From Candidatus Aminicenantales bacterium (GTDB taxonomy: Bacteria; Acidobacteriota; Aminicenantia; Aminicenantales; Saccharicenantaceae), in assembly GCA_049513915.1 (NCBI GenBank), contig JBEKVN010000013.1:78265-142264 (forward strand): 64,000 nt of DNA, in the 5' to 3' direction. This document shows positions 34,425 through 44,185 of the stretch, piece after piece. A model generated the notes under the pieces. That model searched no databases. It saw only the letters and a program-made list of their open reading frames with translations, and was not told the DNA's origin. A program made the position numbers and the translations under genes. Positions within the stretch are counted from its first letter, which is position 1. The number at the start of each line of letters is the position of its first letter.

Positions 34425-36542
34425 TCAAGGCCGGTCGCCGAGCTTCTGAACCCAAATGAAATCGAGACCGATTTCCGGCCGGGAGACGCCCGGTCTGGCC
34501 CCTTTGTATTCGATGACGAGCGTGTGCTCCCCCTGGGACAATTCCACCGGTTCAAGGGAGAAGGTCCTGAGCAGTGTGCGAAACGGGTCATAAAGATCGA
34601 TCGCCTCGGGCTTCCCGGCCCCGGCGGCCGGAAGGCCGTCGAGCCAAGCGGACACGGCGCCCGAGCCCGGAGTCAAGGCGGCCGTGATATGAACCTGCGT
34701 TTTTCCCGGGGAACCGACCTGAATTCTGAATTCTTTCCGGTCTCCCGGTTTCTCCGGCGTCCAGACGAGAAGCCGCCCGCCGGCCCAAAGCCGTCCGTCC
34801 CGGACCGCGGTATTCCTTTTGTCGGCCAAGACCTCCTCGGCGGCGTAAAAAACGGAATTCCGGGCGCCGAACCGGGCGGCCGGTTGCCAGCCTTCGGGAA
34901 GCCGGAGCTCGCGAAGGTCGTCCGGCATGATGGCTTCATGGTCGTCGATCGTGCCCGGACGGGCATAATAATATCCGGTCCGGGCGTACGACATGCCCGG
35001 CGTCCGTTCGTGGCTGCAGAGCTCCAGGCTGAACCCGATCGAGTCCCCGAAGGGGATGGAGTCCAGGACGTGCCAGCGGAAGTTCGTGACGAATCCCCTG
35101 TTGCCCGGCCCGTCGTTTCGCGGCTGGCCGCAGTAGGGGAAAAAGAAGATGTCGGGGGAGGACCATGAATAGTTGTAATAGTCCTCCGAGCCCGTGCCGA
35201 AGATAGAGGGGACCTTGTCGCCGTCGACGAAGACTTTTTCGTCCCCCTCTCCCCACCAGTTTCCCCAGGAAGTCGGCACGGTCGCCGGGTTGAGGAGGAT
35301 GGAGGTCGTGCCGACGTAGACGCCCTTCCCCCTGGCCAGAAGGAACGGCAGGTCCTGGACGTCCTCCCCCGAAGCGATGATGTCGTGATCGACGCGCCAG
35401 CGGGCCCGGAAATGCATCGTCCTCTCGTCCCAGACGAAATCCATGGGCACGGCCTCGCCGGCCGCTCGAACGGGCTGGCCGCCGAGGTTTTCGAGCACCA
35501 GGTTGAGGGATTTCTCGAAGGGCATGATAAACCGGCAGGTCATCCGGCCGTCCTCCCTCACCGAAAAAGGGAGCGACCGGTAGGGGTTGACGCCCGGCGC
35601 CGCCCCGAAGAAATCCCCCACCGGGGACTGGACCTGTCCCCAGGGGAAGCCGTCGCAGACGACATTGAGGACGGTCTGTCTAAGGGCCGCGTCCAGGTTG
35701 TCGGCCTGCAGGCGCAGCCAGAATTCTTCGAGGGCGCCAGGGCCGTCGAGCTTGAGCACGTCCCGCTTTTCCCCGGGCGCGAGGGAAATATCAAAGGCCC
35801 GGGCGGGCTTGGCCGCAGGCAAGGCCGGCCGGGCGTCGGGGTCGGAGAGGGCCAGGGTGACCCGGTCGATCGTTTCCTTGAACCGCGTGATATCGTCCGG
35901 GCGGAAAGAGACGACGGCCGTTCCCGGGACATATCTCCGGACTTCGATATGATAGAAATGGATCTCGTCCAGTTTTCCGACCCAGACAAGACGGAGGCGC
36001 TTGGCGAAAGGGATAGGGGCGTAAGAGGCGTCGCGCTGGTATACGGTGGTCCGGAAGCGTTCGCCGTCGAGCGCCCTCATCTCCGGAAAAACGTCGTAGG
36101 GACGACGGAAGAACGGGTCGGCCTCGCCGTCGTAGAGGGGACGGTCAATGTTGTCCACGTAGAGCCGCACCCGGCCTGAAATCGAGGCGGTCCAAAGGCG
36201 GACGACGGCGCCGGGGCCGGGAACGTCGGCCATGAGGTATTCGCCGGGGCCTGCGCCCTCGGGCGCCTTGAGGACCTTTTCGAAGTTCGGGACCGGCTCG
36301 CCTCCGAACCCGTCCGCGTTCGCGAACCAGTCGGGGCCGCCCGGCACCCGGCTGCGGTGGTCCGTCGAGGAGAACTGAAAGGTGCGGAACGCGGGCTCCG
36401 GGTATCGGGCCAGGGCCTGGAGGTCGATCATTTCCTCGAACAATGTCCCGGTGGTCACCGGCGGCCGGCCGCTCGAACAAGCCAGCCCGCCAATAAGGAA
36501 AAGCCCGATGAGAAGCGCGATAAACCCGGATTCTCTGCTCAC
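34425..36542 (-). CDS. GH172 / DUF2961-family glycoside hydrolase, secreted
   Basis: Signal peptide. Conserved DUF2961 regions including GEGDEKVFVDG and GTGSEDYYN. Confidence 0.65.
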   Translation of the reverse strand: MSRESGFIALLIGLFLIGGLACSSGRPPVTTGTLFEEMIDLQALARYPEPAFRTFQFSSTDHRSRVPGGPDWFANADGFGGEPVPNFEKVLKAPEGAGPGEYLMADVPGPGAVVRLWTASISGRVRLYVDNIDRPLYDGEADPFFRRPYDVFPEMRALDGERFRTTVYQRDASYAPIPFAKRLRLVWVGKLDEIHFYHIEVRRYVPGTAVVSFRPDDITRFKETIDRVTLALSDPDARPALPAAKPARAFDISLAPGEKRDVLKLDGPGALEEFWLRLQADNLDAALRQTVLNVVCDGFPWGQVQSPVGDFFGAAPGVNPYRSLPFSVREDGRMTCRFIMPFEKSLNLVLENLGGQPVRAAGEAVPMDFVWDERTMHFRARWRVDHDIIASGEDVQDLPFLLARGKGVYVGTTSILLNPATVPTSWGNWWGEGDEKVFVDGDKVPSIFGTGSEDYYNYSWSSPDIFFFPYCGQPRNDGPGNRGFVTNFRWHVLDSIPFGDSIGFSLELCSHERTPGMSYARTGYYYARPGTIDDHEAIMPDDLRELRLPEGWQPAARFGARNSVFYAAEEVLADKRNTAVRDGRLWAGGRLLVWTPEKPGDRKEFRIQVGSPGKTQVHITAALTPGSGAVSAWLDGLPAAGAGKPEAIDLYDPFRTLLRTFSLEPVELSQGEHTLVIEYKGARPGVSRPEIGLDFIWVQKLGDRP

Positions 36543-36573
36543 GCGGCCTCCTCCCCCGGCCCGGCCGGTCCGC

Positions 36574-39000
36574 TCACTCGTAAAGGACGAGCTCCCGCTT
36601 GGCCCTGGGCGCAGGATAGGAGGTCATCCAGGCCTCGGGTTTCACTCCGTTGGTTCCGCCCTGGAGAATGAGCACGACGATGTCGACGGTCTTTCCGGCC
36701 GTGGACTCAGGCAGGGGAAAATAGTAAGTGTAGTTCCCGTCTTTCTCGACGTTATGATATTCCCAGGTGTTGCTGGGAAACGAAACGGCTCGGTCCTGGG
36801 CGCCCACCGGCCGGCCGTCAACGCGGAGCGCGGCGTAGGCCCCCTCGTCGCCGTGGTTTCCGTTCAAGGCCACCGCGAGATAAGCGTTTCCGGAGACTTC
36901 TTCCGGCTTGAAAGTGAGCCGCCAGGCGGCCACGGCGGGTTTCAAGGCATAAGGATGGAAGAGATTGGAGGCCCGCCAGGCCGAACGGTCCAGAGGCTCG
37001 CCGCCGAGATAGGCCTCGACCTCGGACAAGCGGCGGGGAGCGCCGCTGACGCGGAGGTATCGCACGGGCCTGTCCGAAGGCGTTTTAAGGACGGCGATCG
37101 TCCCCTTGCCGCCCCAGGCCGGAGCCAGGCGAACCCATGTTTCGAGGTCGGCGGATACCTCGGCCGCGGCGTCCTTCCCGAAGCTGTCCAGGTCCGGGCT
37201 GAGGTCGGCGGCTTGCCGGTCCCGAACCTTGAGCACGATCCTGTCCATCCGGAGGGGCCGGCCGAAGTCCAGCCGGAACGAGCGCCCCGCCAGCCGCGCG
37301 ACGAAGGCCGTCTCTATTCTGCCGTCGAAAAGGTTCCGGTCCCAGATGCCCCGGTTCACGAACATCGGCTTGGAGAAGAAAGCCGTCCGCGCCGCGTCAA
37401 CCTGCGGAATCGCGCTTGGACCGGAGCGGAGAAGGGACCTCACCTCGAGGGCGTTATTGTCCGCCGCGAAGCAGGTCGCCTCGAACAGGGCCTCGGCGTC
37501 CGCTGGAACGGGGCAGGGTTCGAGGTCGCCGATCTTCCGGTGCCAATCGGTCTTCGGCCGCCGGCCGGGGAAATCCACGCGGAGGGCCTTCCCTTCGAGG
37601 AGAAGACTCGCGCCGACCCCGTCCAACACGGCCCGGCGGAACTTGCGGCCGCCGGAGGTCAGACGGATCTCCGATCCGGCCCCCGGTGCCCCCAGCAAAT
37701 TGACAATGGCCGGCTTGCCCGGCGTCTCGCGGACGACGTCATAGTCGCAGCCTTCGACACCGATTTCGGCCAGGGACCGCGACGACGCGGCGATAAGACA
37801 GGACCGGAAGGGCGGCACTTCGACGGCCACATCAGAGCCCCACGGGAAACGGCCGAGCACGGATTCGGAGGGATGGAACCGGCGGACCTCAATCTCCCGG
37901 CTGGTCGCAAGGCCGAGCGTCTCGTCGAGCCGGACGCCATAGGTGACGGGGTTCCAGGTCAGGTTGCGGAGCGTGATGAACCGCGTCGCCCCGTCACCCC
38001 TCGAAACGGCGGAGGGGCCGTAACGGGCTTCGGGCAGGACGATCCCACTCGTCAGGATGTCGCGATACTTGCGGTGGAGGTTGAAGATTCGAGCCAGCCT
38101 GGGAAATTCGTCATCCCTGAGGAGCCAGGGATTGCCGTAGATCGATGGAGCGAGCAGGAGGCACCGGTTGAAGGCTTGGAGGACGAGGTCATCTTCCCAA
38201 TAATCCAGACAGGACGAGAGGCATACGCCGTGGTCCTCCAGCCGCCGGGTGAGGTTCGGCGGCAGTTCCCGGGCCAGGGCGCCGGCCCTATGATGGGCGG
38301 CCGTCCCGCTGTTGGGCATGAAGACGTCGATATAAGTCTCGACGCCCTCCCAGAGGGACACGCTCGCGACGCCGGCGGCGACGCCGAGTTTCACGCGATG
38401 GTTCTGGATCATGAGGTCGGGACGGTAGGCCCGGCAGGCCTCAACCGCCCGACGGAAGACCTCCTGCTTCTCCGGCCTGAGCTGGCCGGCCACGGCGTCG
38501 ATCTTGAAGGCGATGAAGTTATGGTCCCGGCAGAGCGAGACGAGCATGTCGACGCGGGCTTTTTCTTCTTCCGGAGTGTCGCCGAAGCCGTCGGGCCCCA
38601 TCCAGACGCCCAGGCGGCCCCCGAACCCGGCCGCTTTCTTGACCAGAGGCGCGAAGCCGCGCGGAAACTGGGCCTTGAACTCCTCGGATGACAGGGTCCC
38701 GTAGTGGTATGGTATGAGGCGCCCGACGCCGGCCGTATAGGGGCCGTCGTCGATATTGCCCACATCGAGCGAATAGACGTCGAGCGTCATCCCGAACTCA
38801 TCATGGAGCCACTGGAAAAATTCCATGTTGACGAGGGTTTGGGCCTCGGTCGTCCCCTCGTATTGGCTGTTGATCCAGTCGAAGTAGTGGGACTTGGACG
38901 GCGTGAGCTCACCGGCCGGGCTGGAGGCGATGGCCGTGCCGTTCTCCCGGTTCCCGCCCGAGGACGACGCCAGCCAGAGCAGGGACAGGACCAGGATCAT
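36574..39000 (-). CDS. large secreted glycoside-hydrolase-like protein (TIM barrel with FKIDA motif, clan GH-D-like) plus C-terminal beta-sandwich domains
   Basis: Signal peptide at the internal Met (MILVLSLLWLASSSG), so the start is placed near 39000; the ORF extends to 39126. Motifs HYFDWINSQYEG, WMGPDGFG, FIAFKIDAVAG. Family unassigned. Confidence 0.5.
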   Translation of the reverse strand: MILVLSLLWLASSSGGNRENGTAIASSPAGELTPSKSHYFDWINSQYEGTTEAQTLVNMEFFQWLHDEFGMTLDVYSLDVGNIDDGPYTAGVGRLIPYHYGTLSSEEFKAQFPRGFAPLVKKAAGFGGRLGVWMGPDGFGDTPEEEKARVDMLVSLCRDHNFIAFKIDAVAGQLRPEKQEVFRRAVEACRAYRPDLMIQNHRVKLGVAAGVASVSLWEGVETYIDVFMPNSGTAAHHRAGALARELPPNLTRRLEDHGVCLSSCLDYWEDDLVLQAFNRCLLLAPSIYGNPWLLRDDEFPRLARIFNLHRKYRDILTSGIVLPEARYGPSAVSRGDGATRFITLRNLTWNPVTYGVRLDETLGLATSREIEVRRFHPSESVLGRFPWGSDVAVEVPPFRSCLIAASSRSLAEIGVEGCDYDVVRETPGKPAIVNLLGAPGAGSEIRLTSGGRKFRRAVLDGVGASLLLEGKALRVDFPGRRPKTDWHRKIGDLEPCPVPADAEALFEATCFAADNNALEVRSLLRSGPSAIPQVDAARTAFFSKPMFVNRGIWDRNLFDGRIETAFVARLAGRSFRLDFGRPLRMDRIVLKVRDRQAADLSPDLDSFGKDAAAEVSADLETWVRLAPAWGGKGTIAVLKTPSDRPVRYLRVSGAPRRLSEVEAYLGGEPLDRSAWRASNLFHPYALKPAVAAWRLTFKPEEVSGNAYLAVALNGNHGDEGAYAALRVDGRPVGAQDRAVSFPSNTWEYHNVEKDGNYTYYFPLPESTAGKTVDIVVLILQGGTNGVKPEAWMTSYPAPRAKRELVLYE

Positions 39001-39189
39001 CGTCCAGCCCACGGCCCTCTTCACGAAGACGCGGTATGACGAAAGGCCTCCGCGCTGGCGCGCGCCGGCGTCCCGCCGGAGGGAGAGAACTTGCAGCCGG
39101 GCCGGCCCGGAGGGGATTTTTGACATGATGATCCGATCGGCTTGTGAACGGGAGGATAAAACAGGCCCTTCCGGGTGTCAAGGCCGGTT

Positions 39190-40899
39190 TCAGAACGAGA
39201 ATTCGATGCCGGCGAAGAGCCGCTCTTCGAGGCTGCTGACCCGGACCCCCGGGAGCCTCCCCCACCTGTGGATGCCTTCGAAGTTCGCGAAAAGCTCGAA
39301 CGGCATCCGGGGCAATTTCCACCCGGCCCCGAGGAGATAGCGGAACCGGTTGTCGTCGCCGTGGGCGGGGTTCGTGACCTCTCCCGGGAACCGACCCCTG
39401 GAGTCGGCGGAACCCCAGGCGCCGAAGCTCGCCAGGGCACGGGCCCGGAAACCTCCCCACTCCAGGGTCGACTGTCCGGAGACCGTGCCGCCGAAGCCGT
39501 AATAATATCCGTAGTATATGAGCGTCTCTTTCATGCCCTTGACCGTGTCATCGGGAAGGGTGTGGTGGAGCTCGGTATAGGCGTTGTACGCGAGCGAATT
39601 GACCAGTCCGAAATCAAGATATGCCGCGGCCACCGTCCTGAGCTTCCACCCTCGGCGGAAGATCGTCCAATCGACGACCGGGCCCGCGATGTGAAGGAGC
39701 GCCAGCTTGTCGGTAAAATTCCGCGGGATCTCGAGATGGATTTCGGCGCCCAGCTGGAAGGGATCCACGGGCACCTGCTTGATATCGTAATAGTCGATAG
39801 GCCTCTTCCTGTAGTATTCGAAACAAGACCCGAGCCCGACGGTCAGGCTGTAACCCTCGAGGTTGTCGTCGATCTTCTGCCGGTGGGAACCCCAGGGCGA
39901 GGCTTCGAAGGAGAAATTCGTTTCGTCGGTCATCCCGTTGCGGACCGCCTGGTCGAAGGTGATGGAACTGAAATAAGTGTCCTTGACGGTTTCCCGGATG
40001 TCGCCGGGCTTCCCGTATTCCGGGAGCCCGAGGATCTGCGTGTGAACCGCGTAGTACGCGGCGGTTTCGGCGGGCCGGCCGGCCGCGGAGAGGCTCCGGA
40101 CTCCGGCCACCAAGCCGAAGTCGTGCCATCCCGGCTGCACATAGTCCCGGGCCCCCTGGTCCTTGCGGTCCAGCCAGTGGTTGATCTTAAGAACGGGGTT
40201 CATAAAGCTCAGGACCTGGTAGAAAAAGCCGGATTGGTGGGCCAGGTAGTCTCCGACCTGGTACCAGGGCTCGCCGATCGCGAATCCGCCGAGTCCGGTC
40301 ATGAACTGATCGTTGATGGAGATGACTTCCTTCCACTCAATAACGGACTCCCAAAACGTCGAGGTGACGGCCGACATCATCCAGGAATACAGCCAGGACA
40401 TGTGGCTCGTCCGGGCGAACTCATAATAGATCCCGCCGGCAAGGCTGTGAGTCCAGTTGAGCTTGAAGTTGTTCGAGTCGAAGCGCCAGCCGGCGAGGAA
40501 AAGGAGCCTGTTGACTTGGCTGTCCAGGGTTAATTTGAACTGCCAGTCCTCCCGGAAGTGGCTTTTATACCGGATCCAGTAGCTTCCGCCAGAAAAGCCG
40601 ACAAAGATGCCGAGCTCGATCCAGGCCCGCCCCGGCTTGGGATTTTGAAGGATGTCGGGCGCGGCCGGCGCGGACGGCTCTCCCATTTTGCGGAAACCGG
40701 GCAGGACGAAAGAGCGGCTCCAGTCGGCGGGCGCCTCGGAAACTTCAAAGCCTGACGGCGCCGCCAAGCTGAAATGCACCCTTTCCGCGGGCCCACCCGG
40801 GCCGTCCTGCGAGCCCGCGGCGGCAGGCCGCGCACAAAGCCAAATCAGACAAACAGCGGCCAGTCCGGCGGCCAAAGGGTTCGGTCTCTTGCTCTGCAC
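39190..40899 (-). CDS. outer-membrane beta-barrel / secreted protein of unknown function
   Basis: Signal peptide MQSKRPNPLAAGLAAVCLIWLCARPAAA. Aromatic-rich alternating pattern with C-terminal GIEFSF. Confidence 0.5.
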   Translation of the reverse strand: MQSKRPNPLAAGLAAVCLIWLCARPAAAGSQDGPGGPAERVHFSLAAPSGFEVSEAPADWSRSFVLPGFRKMGEPSAPAAPDILQNPKPGRAWIELGIFVGFSGGSYWIRYKSHFREDWQFKLTLDSQVNRLLFLAGWRFDSNNFKLNWTHSLAGGIYYEFARTSHMSWLYSWMMSAVTSTFWESVIEWKEVISINDQFMTGLGGFAIGEPWYQVGDYLAHQSGFFYQVLSFMNPVLKINHWLDRKDQGARDYVQPGWHDFGLVAGVRSLSAAGRPAETAAYYAVHTQILGLPEYGKPGDIRETVKDTYFSSITFDQAVRNGMTDETNFSFEASPWGSHRQKIDDNLEGYSLTVGLGSCFEYYRKRPIDYYDIKQVPVDPFQLGAEIHLEIPRNFTDKLALLHIAGPVVDWTIFRRGWKLRTVAAAYLDFGLVNSLAYNAYTELHHTLPDDTVKGMKETLIYYGYYYGFGGTVSGQSTLEWGGFRARALASFGAWGSADSRGRFPGEVTNPAHGDDNRFRYLLGAGWKLPRMPFELFANFEGIHRWGRLPGVRVSSLEERLFAGIEFSF

Positions 40900-40990
40900 C
40901 TCGGGTTCCCTCTTTTTTAAAAGCTAACATAGGCCTTTCCGAGCATTACGTCAAGACCGGCGGGCGCCCTCCGGGGGGAAATCGGCCTTG

Positions 40991-41091
40991 AAGAATGGGG
41001 ACGAAGAATGGGGACGGTCCTGGTTTTCCATCCGCGGCCCAACCGGGATTTCTCTCGCCTATCCTAGAAAACCAGGACCGTCCCCATTTTC
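40991..41091. repeat. family B hairpin element copy 1 (25-bp inverted arms GAATGGGGACGGTCCTGGTTTTC / GAAAACCAGGACCGTCCCCATTTTC)
   Basis: Arms at 41003-41028 and 41067-41091 around a 38-nt loop. A partial tandem duplicate GAAGAATGGGGAC precedes the left arm. Confidence 0.6.
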
Positions 41092-41226
41092 GTGGTCCGC
41101 GTCACCCTGAAGCTCCACGGACTTGCGTCCGTGGAACCCCAAGAACGGGATTGACAGGCCCCGGACAGCGGCGTTATCATAAGCGGCGTGATTGTCGGGG
41201 GTTTTTCAAATCAACGGAGGTAAAGA

Positions 41227-42729
41227 ATGATGAGAAAGAAACTGTTCGTCCGGCCCGCCCTCGCGCTGGCCGTCCTCGTCCTGCTCAACCTGGCCCTGGC
41301 GGCTCAGTCCTTCGAGGGCGTCAAGAAGCAGGTCCGGACCCATGTGCTGCCGAACGGCATGAAATTCATCGTCCTCGAGCGGCACGACGTCCCGGTGGCA
41401 TCGTTCCATGTCTACGCGGACGTCGGCAGCGCCAACGAATCCTACGGCATTACGGGCATTTCCCATATCCTCGAGCACATGGCTTTCAAGGGGACCACCA
41501 CGATCGGGACGAAGGACTACGCCGCGGAATCGAAGGTCCTCGAAGAGCTGGACAATGTCTACGACCAGATGAAGCGAGAAGAGGCCAAGCCCATCGCGGA
41601 CAAGGCGAAAGCGGCCGAACTCAAAGCCAAGTTCGACGACCTCGAAAAGAAAGCCAAGGACTACGTTGTCAACAACGAGTATTTCGACATGATGATGCGG
41701 CAGGGCGACGCCGGCGTCAATGCCTACACGTCCTCCGACGCCACCCAGTACATCAACTACCTTCCCAGCAACCGCCTGGAATTCTGGATGGCCATGACCT
41801 CGGACCGGTTCCTGAACCCCGTCTTCCGGGAATTCTACAAGGAGCGGGACGTGATCATGGAGGAGCGGCGCCTCGGGGTTGAAACCCAGCCCACGGGCAA
41901 GCTCATGGAGGATTTCGTGGCCGTCGCCTTCAAGGCCCACCCGTACCACCACGAAGTCGTCGGGCACATGTCCGACCTCCAGGCCATCCGGCGGCAGGAC
42001 GTCGAGGACTATTTCAAGAAGTTCTACAGCCCAAGCAATCTAACCGTTGGGATCGTGGGCGACGTTTCGGCGGACGAAGTCTTTCGGCTGGCCGACCTCT
42101 ACTTCGATCGCATCCCGAGCGGGCCCAAGCCCGAGCCCGTCCGGACCAGGGAGCCCGAGCAGTGGGGCGAGAGGCGCGTCATCGTCTCCGCCAAATCCCA
42201 GCCGTTCCTGTTCATCGGTTTCCATGTCCCGGACGCGAAAAGCAAGGACGCCCCGGCCCTCGAGGCCCTCGTCAACATCGTCGGACGGGGCCGGTCCTCC
42301 CGGCTCTACCAGGCCCTGGTCAAGGACAAGAAACTGGCGATCCAGACCAGCTGCATGAACGGGTTCCCCGGGGACAAGTTCCCGAACCTCGTCGTCTTCT
42401 ACGCGATTTCGGCCCAGGGAAAGACCTCGGCCGAATGCCAGGCGGCCATCGAGGAGGAGATCGAGAAGATCAAGAAGGAATCGGTGACGGAAGACGAGCT
42501 GACCAAGTTCAAGCGGAGCACCATCAAGGGGCTCCTCGGCCAGATGAAATCCAACCCCCGGATGGCCGCGATGCTAACCTACGCCGACGTGGTCCTGGGC
42601 GGCTATGAAAAGGCGTTCGACCAGATCGAAGACTACAAAGCTATCACCGCCGAAGACGTCAAACGGGTCGCCAACACGTACCTCGTGAAAACCAACCGGA
42701 CCGTCGGCGAGATCATTCCCGAGAAGTAA
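41227..42729 (+). CDS. M16 family zinc peptidase (pitrilysin-like), catalytic subunit
   Basis: Signal peptide. Inverted zinc motif HILEHMAFKG (HxxEH) and a downstream E. Confidence 0.85.
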   Translation: MMRKKLFVRPALALAVLVLLNLALAAQSFEGVKKQVRTHVLPNGMKFIVLERHDVPVASFHVYADVGSANESYGITGISHILEHMAFKGTTTIGTKDYAAESKVLEELDNVYDQMKREEAKPIADKAKAAELKAKFDDLEKKAKDYVVNNEYFDMMMRQGDAGVNAYTSSDATQYINYLPSNRLEFWMAMTSDRFLNPVFREFYKERDVIMEERRLGVETQPTGKLMEDFVAVAFKAHPYHHEVVGHMSDLQAIRRQDVEDYFKKFYSPSNLTVGIVGDVSADEVFRLADLYFDRIPSGPKPEPVRTREPEQWGERRVIVSAKSQPFLFIGFHVPDAKSKDAPALEALVNIVGRGRSSRLYQALVKDKKLAIQTSCMNGFPGDKFPNLVVFYAISAQGKTSAECQAAIEEEIEKIKKESVTEDELTKFKRSTIKGLLGQMKSNPRMAAMLTYADVVLGGYEKAFDQIEDYKAITAEDVKRVANTYLVKTNRTVGEIIPEK

Positions 42730-42748
42730 GGGAAGTGAGGAGACACCC

Positions 42749-44185
42749 ATGAATAACGCGAAGACCATCCAGAAAGCGATCGCCGGGCTTTGCCTCCTGG
42801 CCGTTCTCTTCGGGGCCGCCTACGCACAGAAAGCGCCGAAGGACAAGTTCGCCTTCGGGCCCCTTCACCCGATCAAGATGCCCAAGGTCGTGGAGGCCGA
42901 ACTGCCGAACGGCCTCAAGCTCTTCCTCGTCGAGGACCCCGAGTACCCGACGATCGACCTGTACGCCATGGTGCGCACCGGCGCCGTTTTCGAGCCGGCG
43001 GACAAGACCGGGCTGGCCTCCATCACGGGGTCCGTCCTGAGGACGGGTGGCACGCAGACGAGGACTGGCGATCAGATCGATAAGGAGCTCGAGACTCTGG
43101 CCGCGACCGTGGAGACCGGCATCGGGGACATGTCCGGGTCTCTCCGGGTGTCCGTGCTCAAGGGGGATTTTGACAAGGCCGTGGCCATCCTCGCCGACAT
43201 CCTGACCCATCCCGCCTTCCGGGAGGACAAGATCAACCTGGCCAAGATCCAGCAGAAGTCCATGATCTCCCGCCGCAACGACGACATCGGCGGCATCACC
43301 TACCGCGAGTTCGACCGGCTGATCTACGGGAAGGACAGCCCGTACGCCCGGCAGATCGAATACGCGACGATCGACGCCATCACCCGTCAGGACCTGGTGG
43401 ATTTCTACAACGCGTATTTCCATCCCAACAACACCCTGATGGCGGTCTGGGGAGATTTCAAGGCGGATGACATGGCCGCCAAGTTGAAAACAGCCCTGGG
43501 AGCATGGACCAAGGGCCGGCCGTCGGCCGCGCCCTGGCCCAAGGTCAATTATGAATTCAAGTCGACGGTCAACTATATCGAGAAGCCCGACGTCAACCAG
43601 GCCAACGTCATGCTCGGCCACATCGGCGGCCTCATGAACAACCCCGACCTCGCCGCCCTGAACGTCATGAACCAGATCCTGTCCTTCGAGCGCATGTTCA
43701 AGCGGGTCCGGACGGACGAGGGCCTGGCCTACAGCGTCTGGGGGAGCTACGGGGCCTCCTACGTCTATCCCGGGACCTTCAACTGCGGCGTCCAGACCAA
43801 GTCCCAGTCCACGGTCTACGCCATCAACATCATGCTCCAGGAGCTGAAGAAGATCACCGAGCGGGAAGTGACGGACGAAGAGCTGGCCAAGGCCAAAGAC
43901 GGCTATCTCAATTCCTACGTTTTCGACTTCGAGAGCAAGGCCCAGATCGTCAACCGCCTCATGTCCCTGGCGTATTACGGCTATCCCCGGGATTTCGCCG
44001 AGAAGCTCAAGCAGGGCGTCGAGAAAGTCACCAAGGCCGACGTTCTCCGGGTGGCCAAAAAATATATCCAACCGGGCCAGGTCCAGATCCTCGTCGTCGG
44101 GAAGAAAGAGGATTTCGACAAGCCGCTGTCCACGCTGGGCGCCGTGAACGTCATCGACATCACGATCCCCGGCCCGAAGAAATAG
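42749..44185 (+). CDS. M16 family peptidase, non-catalytic partner subunit
   Basis: M16 fold without HxxEH. Signal peptide. Confidence 0.75.
   Translation: MNNAKTIQKAIAGLCLLAVLFGAAYAQKAPKDKFAFGPLHPIKMPKVVEAELPNGLKLFLVEDPEYPTIDLYAMVRTGAVFEPADKTGLASITGSVLRTGGTQTRTGDQIDKELETLAATVETGIGDMSGSLRVSVLKGDFDKAVAILADILTHPAFREDKINLAKIQQKSMISRRNDDIGGITYREFDRLIYGKDSPYARQIEYATIDAITRQDLVDFYNAYFHPNNTLMAVWGDFKADDMAAKLKTALGAWTKGRPSAAPWPKVNYEFKSTVNYIEKPDVNQANVMLGHIGGLMNNPDLAALNVMNQILSFERMFKRVRTDEGLAYSVWGSYGASYVYPGTFNCGVQTKSQSTVYAINIMLQELKKITEREVTDEELAKAKDGYLNSYVFDFESKAQIVNRLMSLAYYGYPRDFAEKLKQGVEKVTKADVLRVAKKYIQPGQVQILVVGKKEDFDKPLSTLGAVNVIDITIPGPKK

Noticed and set aside
36382-38691. 769-aa plus-strand ORF overlapping the large GH-like gene
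   Set aside because: No motifs and composition typical of GC-frame artefact. The minus-strand ORF has a signal peptide and conserved GH-like blocks.
39175-40533. 452-aa plus-strand ORF antisense to OM protein gene
   Set aside because: Same reasoning. The minus-strand product has a signal peptide and a C-terminal Phe beta-barrel signature.
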